Position numbers and translations under genes: made by a program. Shown here piece after piece: positions 19,863 through 30,549 of a DNA stretch of 64,000 nucleotides. Each line of letters begins with the position of its first letter. The stretch's first letter is position 1. Under the pieces are notes generated by a model. It did not search any database. It worked only from the letters and a program-made list of their open reading frames with translations, and was not told the origin of the DNA. This stretch comes from a bacterium (GTDB lineage Bacteria; Zhuqueibacterota; Zhuqueibacteria; Zhuqueibacterales; Zhuqueibacteraceae), in contig JBIOXB010000034.1 in NCBI GenBank assembly GCA_044869275.1, forward strand, positions 41,968 through 105,967. Reading direction: 5' to 3'.

Positions 19863-20771
19863 TCAATTCCTTTCTTGAAACATTTCCATTTGATCGGAGC
19901 GGGGTCCGGCGGCGATCGCTTCCAATACCGGGAAACGCCGGCGCAAGTTCTCCGGGATGCGATGGCGCTTGCCCAGCAAGGCGAATTGCAGCTGCAGCGC
20001 ATTGGCTAGGGACTGGCCTTGGGGGTAATTGTGGAAAACAATGTAGCACGACCCGGCCCGGTTACTCAAGCTGCGCACCGTGGCGGAAAGATGGGCAATC
20101 TCTTCGGGCCCGTAGGCGTAATCATAACGCTCGTCGCGGCCGGCGCTTTGTGCCAGCCATTTCTGTTGATTGCGGCCGTTCAACCGCAGGTACGCGACAT
20201 TTTTCTGAACGGCTTCGCGCGGCTCGGGCTGATCTGCGTATTGCGGCTGATCCACAAAAGCCACGGCCACGCCGAGCGAAGGCAAGCGCGGCAACAGCGC
20301 CGACTGCCGCCAGGAAGCGTGCAACACTTCCACCACCACCGGAAATCCCACGAACGCATCCAGCAAGCGCCACAGCCATTCCTCGTTGCTGTTGGTATTT
20401 TGGAAGGAAGCGGAGAAGGGCAGGACCAATGCGCCGAGACGCCGGGATTCTTGCAGAGGCAGCAAACCGCGCTTGACGGTCTCGACGTCCGTTTTCCACG
20501 AAGAGGAGCGTTCGCGCACCAGCTTTTCCCACACGCGCACGGCAAAATGCAAATGCGGGTTTGCCTGTGTTTGCGCCAGCCAGTATTGCGTGGTTTTGGC
20601 GTCGGGAGGATGATAATAGGAAGAAGTGATTTCGATCACATCGAACAGCCTGCTCAGCGCGGCGATCTCGGAAGGCGCTTCCGGCGCGTTGAGCAAATTC
20701 TGCCAATCTGGGTGCGACCAGCCCGCCACACCGATGAACAGATTTGGAGCAATCATGAAGGCGGCGCCCAT
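19863..20771 (-). CDS. DUF72 (YecE-like) protein
   Basis: IGVAGWSHPDW, FDVIEITSSYY, VEVLHASW, YLRLNGRN, RYDYAY, FHNYPQGQSLANA. Confidence 0.88.
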   Translation of the reverse strand: MGAAFMIAPNLFIGVAGWSHPDWQNLLNAPEAPSEIAALSRLFDVIEITSSYYHPPDAKTTQYWLAQTQANPHLHFAVRVWEKLVRERSSSWKTDVETVKRGLLPLQESRRLGALVLPFSASFQNTNSNEEWLWRLLDAFVGFPVVVEVLHASWRQSALLPRLPSLGVAVAFVDQPQYADQPEPREAVQKNVAYLRLNGRNQQKWLAQSAGRDERYDYAYGPEEIAHLSATVRSLSNRAGSCYIVFHNYPQGQSLANALQLQFALLGKRHRIPENLRRRFPVLEAIAAGPRSDQMEMFQERN

Positions 20772-20920
20772 GAAGAATCAATAAAACGCGCTTATCATCC
20801 TTCTGGTTTTCATTCCTCTTGCCCGCTAAGGTGGCGGAATATAACAGAAAACCCTGCGCGGCACAAGCGCTTTCTCCCTAAAGTTGCTCTGATTGCGCCA
20901 CCTCAAATTTCTTGGATTTT

Positions 20921-20946
20921 GGATGCCTGCCTTGGCAGGCATGACA
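20921..20946. repeat. REP-like palindrome
   Basis: GGATGCCTGCC-TT-GGCAGGCATGAC hairpin in an intergenic region. Confidence 0.55.
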
Positions 20947-21348
20947 TTAAGAAGGAGTTTTTCGGCAACCCGTTGAACCGCGCCGGTGTTCGTCGCAGAC
21001 TCACCGCAACTTGAAATGAAATGGCAATACCACCCAAACCGCCACCGGCGTATCCTGCTGCAAGGCGGGAATGAAAAGCCACTGCCGCGCAGCTGCAAGC
21101 GCCAGTTTTTGAAATCGGAATTTAATCGTGGTTGCATTTTGCAGGCCGGCGCTAGCACAGGCCATATCATTGCTTCAGAAGCAAGTGTTCACGAATGAGA
21201 TTGCACGCTCGCCGTCATGGTCGTCCGTCATCGCAACAAGATGAGTTTTCTGGATTGGGATAATTTTGCGCCAGCCAGAAACGGGTGGGTGATGGTGTTT
21301 CTTTGCGGAGCAAATGCTAGCGAGCATGAAGGCCTTTGTGGGCAAGCA

Positions 21349-22152
21349 TTAGTACAACGCCGAAGAAAACTTGCGGCGATAATTCTGTGTCAGCGCGTGT
21401 TCGCTTCCCAAAAATGTGAACAATGCCACGCAGGCGCGGCGCGCGCCGTCGTCATCCAACTGGCGATTGGTCAGCATGGTTTCGATCCAGGCTTCGAACG
21501 CGGCGGCAAAATCGCCGCGGCGCAGAGCTTCGATGCCCTGCCAGTATAATTCCCACCCTGGCGCATTCCCGGCCGGCGGGGTGTTTTCCATTTGCAGCAA
21601 ACGATGCAAAGTCCGCAGCGCTTGCACACGATCATACAGCGGGCTGGATTCATCGAGGCCTTCGATAGCAGCCAGCGCTTGCTCAGCATTCTCCAAAAAA
21701 ACCTGCTCGGCCAGCAATACGCGCGCTTCGAGATTCTGGCCGTCTGCTTGGATCGCGCTGTGCAAGAGCTTCCTGGCTTTTTCTCCTTCGCCGCGCGCGA
21801 GCGCTGCCTTGGCCTCTTGCAGCTTTGATTTCGAAGCACTCGGCAAATGCGTCTCCAGCCAGCGTCGCACTTGCGTCTCCGGCAATGCGCCGGTAAATTC
21901 CGCGATCATTTCACCCTGATGGAACATTTTCACCGCGGGGATGCCGCGAATGCCCCAGGCGGCCGAGAGCTCGGGATTGGCATCGGTGTTGATTTTGACC
22001 AAACGCCATTGACCCGAGGCCTGTTTCTCTAATTTCTCCAAGACTGGCCCGAGAATCAGACAGGGCTGGCACCATGGCGCCCAGAAATCGACGAGCACCG
22101 GCTGTTGCCGGCTGGCCGCAAGGACGTCTTTTTCAAAGTTTTGCACTTCCAT
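21349..22152 (-). CDS. Thioredoxin-TPR chaperedoxin (CnoX/YbbN-like)
   Basis: PVLVDFWAPWCQPC, GIRGIPAVK, TPR C-terminus ending YRRKFSSALY. Confidence 0.9.
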   Translation of the reverse strand: MEVQNFEKDVLAASRQQPVLVDFWAPWCQPCLILGPVLEKLEKQASGQWRLVKINTDANPELSAAWGIRGIPAVKMFHQGEMIAEFTGALPETQVRRWLETHLPSASKSKLQEAKAALARGEGEKARKLLHSAIQADGQNLEARVLLAEQVFLENAEQALAAIEGLDESSPLYDRVQALRTLHRLLQMENTPPAGNAPGWELYWQGIEALRRGDFAAAFEAWIETMLTNRQLDDDGARRACVALFTFLGSEHALTQNYRRKFSSALY

Positions 22153-22179
22153 ATCAACATCCGCTTTTTACGAACTTCC

Positions 22180-23388
22180 TCATTCCACTTGGTGGCCCTC
22201 AACGAGGGCTGTGGTTTTCGGCGGAAGGCAATTCTCCTGATCTATGGCCGCCTTGTCACTGACCAATGTTTGGGCCAGTTCCAAATGCGATTTGAATTCT
22301 TCGCCATAAATGTCGAGCATGGTCAAAAACAGCGCCGCAATCACCGGCCCGACGATGAAGCCCATGACGCCAAATAAAGAAATGCCACCCAAGGTCGCGA
22401 AGAAAATCATGAGATCGTGCATGCCGCTGTCGCGGCCGACCAATTTGGGGCGCAGCAGATTGTCGATGTTGCCTATGATCAATGCGCCGATCAAAAGAAT
22501 CGCCACGCCCTGCCAGGTTTGGCCGATGATGATCAGATAAATCGCGACCGGGTATAACACCAGCCACGCCCCCACCATGGGAATGATGGAGAGCAGCACC
22601 ATCACCATGCCCCACAAAATCGGCGAGCGCACGCCGAAAGCCCACAACGTCAGCCCGCCGAGCACGCCCTGCAGCAGCGCGATCACCAGCGTGCCCTTGA
22701 TGGTCGCGCGCGACACCGATACAAAGCGCAAAATCAAGGCTTCTTCATAGACTTCATCCAGCGGGATGAGGAATTTCAAGCGCTGAATCAGGGCGGCGCC
22801 GTCTTTGAAGAAATAGTACATCGTGAACAGGGTCACGAACAAATTGGTGATGAGATCGAAGGTGCCTTGCGAGGTTTTGTTGATCACACTCGCCAGAAAA
22901 GCGCCGGCGCTGGTGGCAATTTCTTGCAAGGTCGCCTGCCAATCGACAGTGCTCAGGCCCAGGCGCTGTCCCCAGGTCGAATTCGCGAGCTCGTCCCAGG
23001 CGCCGCTGTTTGCTCTGGCCACGATGTCGCGCACCCATTGCTCGGCATTTTGGTAAAATGCAATCGCCTCCGTGGCCACGAGATCGGCCAAGAAATACAC
23101 CGGGATCAGCAAGCCCAACAGCAAAACCACGCAGCATGCCAGTGCGCTCAGGCTGGCGCGACCGCGGGTGATGGTCATGAAGCGCGCATACAAGGGATAA
23201 AATATCGCGGTAAACACCGCGGCCATCAGTACGGGAACCAAAAACATGCTGATCATCTTAAAGAAGACGATAGTGACGATGATGACCGCCACCAATAAAA
23301 ACCAGCGGCTGAAGCGTGCCGCTTCCTGGCGCCGCAATTCTTGCACTTGCGTACCGGGGACCGCCGGTGGCCGCGGAGAATCATTCAT
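22180..23388 (-). CDS. AI-2E family transporter
   Basis: Multi-TM; IDNLLRPKLVG, FATLGGISLFGVMGFIVGP. Confidence 0.9.
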   Translation of the reverse strand: MNDSPRPPAVPGTQVQELRRQEAARFSRWFLLVAVIIVTIVFFKMISMFLVPVLMAAVFTAIFYPLYARFMTITRGRASLSALACCVVLLLGLLIPVYFLADLVATEAIAFYQNAEQWVRDIVARANSGAWDELANSTWGQRLGLSTVDWQATLQEIATSAGAFLASVINKTSQGTFDLITNLFVTLFTMYYFFKDGAALIQRLKFLIPLDEVYEEALILRFVSVSRATIKGTLVIALLQGVLGGLTLWAFGVRSPILWGMVMVLLSIIPMVGAWLVLYPVAIYLIIIGQTWQGVAILLIGALIIGNIDNLLRPKLVGRDSGMHDLMIFFATLGGISLFGVMGFIVGPVIAALFLTMLDIYGEEFKSHLELAQTLVSDKAAIDQENCLPPKTTALVEGHQVE

Positions 23389-23966
23389 GGTCTTCTCATT
23401 CTTTTCAAATCTCCTCTCCCAAACAGCACGAGACGCTGGCCTTGCTCACTGTGCACAAAATAGGCGGCGCGCGCAAAAAAGTCAATAGCGCAGCATTTGC
23501 CGGCATGAGGCCAGCGGAAATCTGCTCGGATCTGCACATTTAGATTCTTTGTGACTATTCAGCTTAAAAATTGCCACAGAAGCACACTGAATCTGATCGA
23601 TTTTTGAAAATGCTGCCGACACTCACGACTATTTTTCCTGGTATTCCTTGTGGTTCTGTGGCCAGAAATAGTTGAAATCCTTGAGCACGAAGCAGCTTTA
23701 CAAACAGAGCAAGTTTCTTCCAGCGTCCGCAAATCGCGCGGGAAGCTGCCGGGAAAATCCCGCCGAAACCGCCCGCTTCGAGTGTGAGCGGCACGAGCAG
23801 AAATTTTAACACAATTCAAATGATGCCTGCGAAGCCATGCTTGACTTTGGCCCCAAAAGAGTTATTTTAAAGCAAGAAAGCGGAACGGGCTTGCGCGCAA
23901 GCGGCCAAGAACTTTGCAGAATCTTTCGGCGCAAATCCGGCTGCATAGAAACCGGAGAAGGAAACG

Positions 23967-25181
23967 ATGGATAAGTTGACGATCGACGACATTGTTTTGA
24001 ATGAAAAGCGAGTCCTGACGCGAGTGGATTTCAATGTGCCCGTGGAAAACGGCGTGGTGACGGACGACACGCGCATTCGCGCCACCCTGCCCACGCTGCA
24101 AAAAATTTTCAAAGAAAAAGGCAAGGCGATCTTGATGTCGCATTTCGGCCGGCCCAAAGGGAAACCTGAGGCCAAATACTCTCTTGCGCCCACCGCAAAA
24201 AAACTATCGGAATTGCTCGGGCGCGAAGTGAAAATGGCGCCGGATTGCATCGGCGATGAGGTTGAGGCCATAGTGAATGCGATGCAGCCCGGTGAGATGG
24301 TCTTGCTGGAAAACGTGCGCTTTCATGCCGAAGAAGAAAAGAACGATCCGGAATTTTCCAAAAAACTCGCGGCCTTGGGTGAAGTTTATGTGAATGACGC
24401 CTTCGGCTCGGCGCATCGCGCCCATGCTTCCACGCAGGGTGTGGCGAAAATTCATAAGGACGCAGCCGTGGCCGGATATTTAATGAAAGCGGAATTGACC
24501 GCGCTGGGCAAATTGCTGGGCGAAGCGCCGCGGCCTTATGTCGTCATCCTGGGTGGCGCAAAGGTTTCTGATAAGATCGAAGTGATTCACAATTTGATCA
24601 CCAAAATCTCTCATTTGCTGATTGGCGGCGGCATGGCTTACACCTTTCTCAAAGCCTTGGGCCATGAAATCGGAAATTCCCTGGTGGAAGAGGACAAAAT
24701 TAGCGTGGCGTTGAACATTATGAAAGTCGCGGAGTTCTCCAATCCGCGCAAGCCGGTGAAGCTGGAACTGCCGGTGGATCACGTGATCGCGAGCTCGACG
24801 GCAGGAACGGATGCGGCTGTTCACAAGGAACGTCTTGTCCCCGCGGGCAAACTTGCCGGCGATATCGGACCCAAGACCCTCGAGCATTTTCGCGCGATCA
24901 TCTTGCAAGCCAAAACCATTTTTTGGAACGGCCCCATGGGCATTTTCGAGAAAGAAGCTTTTGCGGCGGGCACGATGAAAATCGCGGAGGCGGTTGCCGA
25001 AGTCACTGGCCGCGGCGCGTTTAGCGTGGTGGGCGGCGGTGATTCGGTGGCTGCACTTGGCCGCTCGGGGCTGACTTCGAAGATTTCCCATGTCTCCACC
25101 GGTGGCGGCGCTTCGCTGGAGTTTTTGGGCGGACGTGAACTGCCAGGAGTGGAAGCGTTGACCAAAGCGCCGAAAAAATGA
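23967..25181 (+). CDS. pgk: Phosphoglycerate kinase
   Basis: RVDFNVP, SHFGRP, LLENVRF, NDAFGSAHRAHAS, GGAKVSDK, HVSTGGGASLE. Confidence 0.98.
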   Translation: MDKLTIDDIVLNEKRVLTRVDFNVPVENGVVTDDTRIRATLPTLQKIFKEKGKAILMSHFGRPKGKPEAKYSLAPTAKKLSELLGREVKMAPDCIGDEVEAIVNAMQPGEMVLLENVRFHAEEEKNDPEFSKKLAALGEVYVNDAFGSAHRAHASTQGVAKIHKDAAVAGYLMKAELTALGKLLGEAPRPYVVILGGAKVSDKIEVIHNLITKISHLLIGGGMAYTFLKALGHEIGNSLVEEDKISVALNIMKVAEFSNPRKPVKLELPVDHVIASSTAGTDAAVHKERLVPAGKLAGDIGPKTLEHFRAIILQAKTIFWNGPMGIFEKEAFAAGTMKIAEAVAEVTGRGAFSVVGGGDSVAALGRSGLTSKISHVSTGGGASLEFLGGRELPGVEALTKAPKK

Positions 25182-25373
25182 TTTGACAGTTTCAGCTTAC
25201 GTGAAAAACTTCCCTCCTGCAATTGGGTATTTCGGTAAATTTTACATGACGCGCTTGGTATGCTCTGCGGCTCGTGGCGAGAGCTGTTTTTGCCAACGCC
25301 GCTAAAATCATACGATTATCCAACCTCCCTTCGCCGCATCGCCGGCTGGCATTGCCCTTGCTTGTTTTCCGGC

Positions 25374-25613
25374 ATGATCAACCCCGAACGCTACATTGGC
25401 AAAGTCATTCTGTTTCGGAATGGCGAGCATTTGCCGACTCATTTTTTCATGCAATATCGCAATGGCCGGTTCTCGTACGTCGCGGAAACCGAGATACTGA
25501 CGTGCCCGGGCAAACCGCGGCACGGGAGAAAGATCGTTTCTTCCGCCGATCGCTTGATAGAGCTCATACGCGCGCATCGCCAAAATGTGGAATCTTTTGC
25601 AGTGAGGTCATGA
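25374..25613 (+). CDS. Hypothetical small protein
   Basis: 79-aa ORF from ATG 25374, 3 bp before the next ORF; no family recognised. Confidence 0.4.
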   Translation: MINPERYIGKVILFRNGEHLPTHFFMQYRNGRFSYVAETEILTCPGKPRHGRKIVSSADRLIELIRAHRQNVESFAVRS

Positions 25614-25616
25614 CTC

Positions 25617-25826
25617 ATGAAACGAACGGGAATACTCGTAACGATGGCCGCCTTCGTCTTTTTCTTGGTGGCAGGAGCTTATAGCAATCAGGAAGAGCTG
25701 GCCGTGCGGCAGCAACAAGAGCAAATGGAAAAAATAGGGAGGAAGCTCGAAGAGTTGACCACTCGAGCAAACCAATTGGCTAAACGGATTCGACAGGCAG
25801 AGACTATCGTGGAACAGGGGAGATAG
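25617..25826 (+). CDS. Small secreted/membrane-anchored coiled-coil protein
   Basis: GAGG RBS; N-terminal hydrophobic segment then Q/E/R-rich helix. Confidence 0.55.
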   Translation: MKRTGILVTMAAFVFFLVAGAYSNQEELAVRQQQEQMEKIGRKLEELTTRANQLAKRIRQAETIVEQGR

Positions 25827-26004
25827 AATCTTCGACCGGACAGATGAAGCTCATCACAGGCGATTGTGCCTTGCTCCTGAGCTATGCGGGGTATGCCGCT
25901 GCCGCGGTGGCTTCGCGTGAATTGCTGAGTAGAACGGCAGCAACCGCCGCGTGCATCAAGAATACCATTGTCCGCGTCACGAAACGCTCGGCCGGGCCAT
26001 TCCC

Positions 26005-26340
26005 AAGGACGATGCCGTCGTCTGAGCTGGGGCCGAATGTGGCGGTTTGATACTTCAGCACGGCGCGCAGCGTGCGTTCGCCAAAACCGCCATCCCCAAT
26101 GCCTTCATAAAAAAGTTTGTCCTGCAATGCTTGCTGCAATTCCTTTGATCAATTCGCCGGAGGAGCCGAAACGCACACGAACCGACAGCGGCATACCCTC
26201 GTTCAAGGCCACTTGCAAGGCATCGCGCCCATCCAATAGCACATCAGGAAAACTGTTTTGTGCCAGTTTACAAGCATTTTCTTTGAAGGCCTTCCAGGGT
26301 CCTTCATCAGGAAGATGATGGCGGTCCGCGGTTTGATTGC
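26005..26340 (-). pseudogene. Frameshifted fragment of a peptidoglycan-binding-domain protein
   Basis: VRFGSSGELIK / (frameshift ~26140) LQQALQDKLFYEGIGDGGFGERTLRAVLKYQ..DDGIV matches the PG_binding_1 pattern. Confidence 0.65.
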
Positions 26341-26346
26341 GAACTA

Positions 26347-26442
26347 TCAGCACAAGAGTATCCCCAATTCTTCGGATGCGAATTGTGGAATTTCATCCAA
26401 AGAATGAACCAATCGACGTTGTTTGAGTCGTTTCTGAGACAT
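26347..26442 (-). pseudogene. Truncated CopG/BrnA-type antitoxin
   Basis: MSQKRLKQRRLVHSLDEIPQFASEE.. then early stop; directly downstream of a BrnT-like fragment. Confidence 0.55.
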
Positions 26443-26450
26443 AGAATCCC

Positions 26451-26620
26451 CTACTTCTTCTGATACTGGCGGCGCTGGCTCGCGTTCATTTCAACGGCAC
26501 TGATCGGCCTGATCAAGAAATCGCCATCAATGCTTTCTTTTAAAACATAGACGATTCTCAAATACTTTCCCGAAGTCGAAGTACGTCCCAACAGGATAAA
26601 CCGCTTTTCCGATTGCAAAG
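26451..26620 (-). pseudogene. BrnT-family toxin, C-terminal fragment
   Basis: EKRFILLGRT..GKYLRIVYVLK...IRPISAVEMNASQRRQY; N-terminus missing. Confidence 0.65.
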
Positions 26621-26623
26621 AAT

Positions 26624-26956
26624 TTAACCAGGCCTTTGATCCGATCCTTGACACAATGCACACTCGCACAACCCCCGCAAGCGCGCAAAAGTGTAAATGC
26701 CCGTGCTATGACCGTCCGACCATTCGAAGCTCACGCCGTACCGTCCCACGGGCCGCATTTCTCTCGGCTTGATGTCCGGCGCAATGTCTTTGAGCTCAAT
26801 CAACCGCTCGCCGGTGATTTCGCTGACACAATGCGCACATTGGCACGCCAGCCGCAGATGAACAGGATCATAAACGCTCGCGTGCCCGTCGCTCCAAGTG
26901 ATCGACAAACGGCCGGCATCGAAGGCCGCCTCCGTCGGAATGGTAGGTTCAGGCAT
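26624..26956 (-). CDS. DUF971 / GBBH-like N-terminal Zn-binding domain protein
   Basis: ITWSDGH, LRLACQCAHC, VGRYGV.FEWSDGHSTGIYTF. Confidence 0.9.
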   Translation of the reverse strand: MPEPTIPTEAAFDAGRLSITWSDGHASVYDPVHLRLACQCAHCVSEITGERLIELKDIAPDIKPREMRPVGRYGVSFEWSDGHSTGIYTFARLRGLCECALCQGSDQRPG

Positions 26957-26989
26957 GAAGTTTTCTCACTCACAATTCCTTCAGCGCGC

Positions 26990-28402
26990 TCAGGGAAAGA
27001 TACCAAGCTCCATATAGCTGCGTGCAACCTTATTGATGGCACTGATGAACGCCGCCGTGCGCAAGTCGACCTTGTCGCCGTGCCGCTTTTTGATCTCGCG
27101 CATCTCATTGTATGCCGTGATCATGGTTTCCTCCAGGCCGGAATTGACCAGATCCTCTTCATCCGCGCCGTGCGCGATTTGCTTGAAAATCTCTGTCGGG
27201 ATTTTTTTGCCGGTGAGTTCTTCCACCGCCTGCAGGATTTGGCGGTTGACGTTCTCCTCGAAGCGCTTGCCCATACGGCCGAAGCGCACATGCGAAAGGT
27301 TCTTCAGCCATTCGAAATAAGAAACGGTGACACCGCCGGCGTTGAGAAACATGTCGGGAATGATCAGCACGCCGCGTTGCAGCAGCATTTCATTGGCGTC
27401 CGCGGTCAACGGCCCGTTGGCGCCTTCGGCGATGATTTTGGCTTTGATCCGCGGCGCATTTTCCGAGCTGATTTGATTCTCCAGTGCGGCCGGAACGATA
27501 ATGTCGGCTGCCAATTCCAGGGCCGCGGCATTGCTCGGCAAATTTGCCGCCCCGGGGAAATTCAAAATCGATTTCGTCTCCGTGCGATGCGCCATCACTT
27601 TCTCAAGATCGAGGCCCTTGGGATTGTAAATTGCACCTTCATATTCTGCCAGGCCCACCAGCTCCGCTCCGCCTTCGCGCAAAAATTTGGCGGTATAGTA
27701 CCCCACGTTGCCCAGGCCCTGGACCACCACGGTTTTGGCCGCCAGCCCCGGCGCGAGACCGAGCCTTTTCATGTCTTCGGCGTTGTTGCACGCCTCCCGG
27801 ATCCCGAAATAGACACCACGCCCCGTGGCTTCGGTGCGGCCGCGCACGCCGCCCTGCGTGAGCGGCTTGCCGGTGACGCTGGCCAGGGAATCGAGCTCGG
27901 AATGGATGGCGCTGTAGGTGTCCATCATCCACGCCATCTCGCGCGGGCCGGTGCCATAATCCGGAGCGGGCACATCGATGCCCGGCCCGATAAAATTCTT
28001 TTTCACCAGTTCATAGGCATAACGCCGCGTCAGCCGTTCCAATTCCGCGTCGGAATAATTTCTCTTTTCGATTTTGATCGCGCCTTTCGCGCCGCCGAAG
28101 GGAATATCGACGATCGCGCACTTGTACGTCATCAACGCGGCCAGGGCCATCACCTCGTCTTCGCTGGCGTTGGGGCTGTAACGCACGCCGCCTTTCACCG
28201 GCAATTTGTGATGGCTGTGCTCCGCGCGCCAGCCATCGATGGCCTCGATCGAGCCATCGTCGCGCTTGAGCGGAAAAGTGATGTGATACACGCTGTTGCA
28301 AATCTTGATCTGTTTCAACAAACCGGCGGGATATTGGGTGTAAGCTGCTGCTTTGTCAAAATTGCGGTTGACTTGCTCGAAGAATTTGATCTTTTCCGAC
28401 AT
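26990..28402 (-). CDS. gdhA: Glu/Leu/Phe/Val dehydrogenase (glutamate dehydrogenase)
   Basis: [54 protein letters not shown]. Confidence 0.95.
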   Translation of the reverse strand: MSEKIKFFEQVNRNFDKAAAYTQYPAGLLKQIKICNSVYHITFPLKRDDGSIEAIDGWRAEHSHHKLPVKGGVRYSPNASEDEVMALAALMTYKCAIVDIPFGGAKGAIKIEKRNYSDAELERLTRRYAYELVKKNFIGPGIDVPAPDYGTGPREMAWMMDTYSAIHSELDSLASVTGKPLTQGGVRGRTEATGRGVYFGIREACNNAEDMKRLGLAPGLAAKTVVVQGLGNVGYYTAKFLREGGAELVGLAEYEGAIYNPKGLDLEKVMAHRTETKSILNFPGAANLPSNAAALELAADIIVPAALENQISSENAPRIKAKIIAEGANGPLTADANEMLLQRGVLIIPDMFLNAGGVTVSYFEWLKNLSHVRFGRMGKRFEENVNRQILQAVEELTGKKIPTEIFKQIAHGADEEDLVNSGLEETMITAYNEMREIKKRHGDKVDLRTAAFISAINKVARSYMELGIFP

Positions 28403-28438
28403 AAGCGCTCCCTTGCTCGTTTGCGGCCAGGCGTTCGT

Positions 28439-29308
28439 TCACAAAATCGGCCGGCGTTCCCGCGCCATGTTTTCTTGCAAGGCGGCCAGAGCCTGCTCGA
28501 CATATTCCGGCGCGATGCCGAAAACTTCGTGAATGGTTTGATGCAAATTTCGCTTGAGGTTGACACGGCGTTTGCCCGTGCGCGAAGTGATGCGCATGTA
28601 ATCCTTCAAAATAAAAACCAGCTCGTCCTCCTGCACCCGCGTCAGGCACAGGCCGTGCATGCTGTTGCGGTGAAAAGAAGCCTGCCAATGCGTGAGAAAT
28701 TCCTGCGCGGGCACGGGCCGGTCAACAAAACGATAGCGCCATTTTACGCCCGCGGGAGTGAACGTGAATAAATCATAGCTGTGCGCGAGCGGGTCGAAGC
28801 GCAGCTCCACGCCGTTATGCTCGTTGTGATAGAGCCGCGGCTGGGCGGGATCGAGCGCCATGGGCCGGCGCAGCACGTAGCCCGGATCGACCAAATACTT
28901 TATGCCGTCCAGCATCACGACCAGCGCGCAATGGATGTTGCGCCCGGCCTTCATATCGCCCATGACGACATAGCAGGAGAAGCCGTGCTGCAGCAAAATG
29001 CTTTGCAGGAAGAACGTCAACGAGAAACAGGTGCCGCCGGTGCGATAATGCAGATGATCCTCCATCACCTCCTCGGGCAAGCGCAAGCGGCTGTGCTGAT
29101 CTTCGGCGTGGCGATTGAATTTGAGAATCTTGCTGAGATTTTCATAGGGCAGATGCGAAAAAGCGGCAAGGATTTGCTGCAGAGAAACCAGCGCCGGCCG
29201 GGCCGGCGCCAAGGAAAAATGCGTGAGAAAGCGCCGGCCGCCCGCCGTATGGCGGAGGGGGTCGATCTCGAAACTTCCGGACACGCTAATTTGAGGCATC
29301 ATGATCAT
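28439..29308 (-). CDS. Arylamine N-acetyltransferase family protein
   Basis: PYENL, GGTCF (Cys), IHCALVV (His), YLVDPG (Asp) triad. Confidence 0.85.
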   Translation of the reverse strand: MIMMPQISVSGSFEIDPLRHTAGGRRFLTHFSLAPARPALVSLQQILAAFSHLPYENLSKILKFNRHAEDQHSRLRLPEEVMEDHLHYRTGGTCFSLTFFLQSILLQHGFSCYVVMGDMKAGRNIHCALVVMLDGIKYLVDPGYVLRRPMALDPAQPRLYHNEHNGVELRFDPLAHSYDLFTFTPAGVKWRYRFVDRPVPAQEFLTHWQASFHRNSMHGLCLTRVQEDELVFILKDYMRITSRTGKRRVNLKRNLHQTIHEVFGIAPEYVEQALAALQENMARERRPIL

Positions 29309-29332
29309 GGCCGAGCGCTTTAGGCGTTTAGC

Positions 29333-29402
29333 TCATCGCGGAGGGATCTTTTTCTGCACTTGATGCCGTGCTTATGCTGAAAAAGCTCCTTCCGGGGTGA
29401 CA
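29333..29402. repeat. Dispersed REP/MITE-like element
   Basis: TCATCGCGGAGGGATCTTTTTCTGCACTTG..GTGCTTA is near-identical to 59267-59310. Confidence 0.75.
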
Positions 29403-29558
29403 AAAAGTGCTTGCGACACCCAACTCAACATTGTCGAGCCAAGCGTGACGTTGAATATAAAGTCCGCACGGCAAAGGGGCAATGGGATTTTTGCCATCGC
29501 CATTTTTCCGCACCGTGAAAAGGCTTGTCCAGAGGCGGATTTTTGGCTACTATTTGGC

Positions 29559-30488
29559 ATGATTCTCACCGTCACTCCCAACCCCATGCTCGACAAGACG
29601 CTGTGGCTCGAGGAGCTGCGCACCGGCGAAACTCATCGCGCGCAACGCCTGGAAGTCATTGCCGGCGGCAAGGGCATCAACGTGGCGCGTGCACTGCGGG
29701 GCTTGGGTGAAAATACCTTGGCAACCGGGTTTCTCGGCGGCCCCGCCGGCACGACCATGCGCGCCTTGCTGGATAGCGATAGCATTCCGCACGAGTTCAT
29801 TGAGACTGCCGGCACCACGCGCGAAGGCTTCACCGTGGTTGAGAATAAATCCGGCAGGCGTACGGCCGTATTCGAGCCCGGACCGCAATTGTACCCAAAG
29901 GAAGTGGAAGCTTTGCTGGCATTTGTGCAAAGGCGCTTGCCTGAATCTCGTGCGCTTGCCCTGTGCGGCAGCATGCCCAGTCCGGGCTATGACGAGTTGT
30001 ATGCCGAAATGATTCACCTGGCGCATGCCGCGCACGTGCCGGTTTTTCTGGACAGCTATCTGGAGCCATTGAAATTGGGATTGGCGGCGCGGCCGCAATT
30101 TCTCAAGCCCAATCGTGAAGAAGCCTTGCAGACTTTCGGCATCGATACGCGCGCTGCCGGCGGCATGCAAAAAGTCATGCACCGGCTGGCGAGTTTTGGC
30201 ACGCAATGCTTCTTCCTCACGGACGCCGATCGCCCCATAGGCGTGGGGCTGCATGGCAAACAATATCTCGCCACCCCGCCACCCGTCGCCTGCCGCAACC
30301 CGCTCGGCAGCGGCGATGCCATGGTGGCCGGTTTCTTATATGCCTGGCTGCAGGGCTGGCCGGCGGAGGAATTGATCCGCTTTGCGGTAGCCGCCGGCAG
30401 CGTGAATGCCCGGCACACGATGCCCGGCTATGCGAATTTGGAAGAAATCAAAGCGCTGGCAGTGCAGGTAAAGATAGAGTCTTCGTAA
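29559..30488 (+). CDS. 1-phosphofructokinase family (PfkB) hexose kinase
   Basis: MILTVTPNPMLD, AGGKGINVA, LKPNREE, NPLGSGDAMVAG. Confidence 0.92.
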   Translation: MILTVTPNPMLDKTLWLEELRTGETHRAQRLEVIAGGKGINVARALRGLGENTLATGFLGGPAGTTMRALLDSDSIPHEFIETAGTTREGFTVVENKSGRRTAVFEPGPQLYPKEVEALLAFVQRRLPESRALALCGSMPSPGYDELYAEMIHLAHAAHVPVFLDSYLEPLKLGLAARPQFLKPNREEALQTFGIDTRAAGGMQKVMHRLASFGTQCFFLTDADRPIGVGLHGKQYLATPPPVACRNPLGSGDAMVAGFLYAWLQGWPAEELIRFAVAAGSVNARHTMPGYANLEEIKALAVQVKIESS

Positions 30489-30549
30489 CGATTCGAATGC
30501 CATTCGCATGACTTGTTGTTTATCAACCTCAACCTTCACAGGAGGGCTT

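Noticed and set aside
26636..28771. 711-aa + strand ORF
   Set aside because: Antisense shadow of gdhA and its neighbours; long antisense ORFs are common opposite GC-rich genes and it has no motifs
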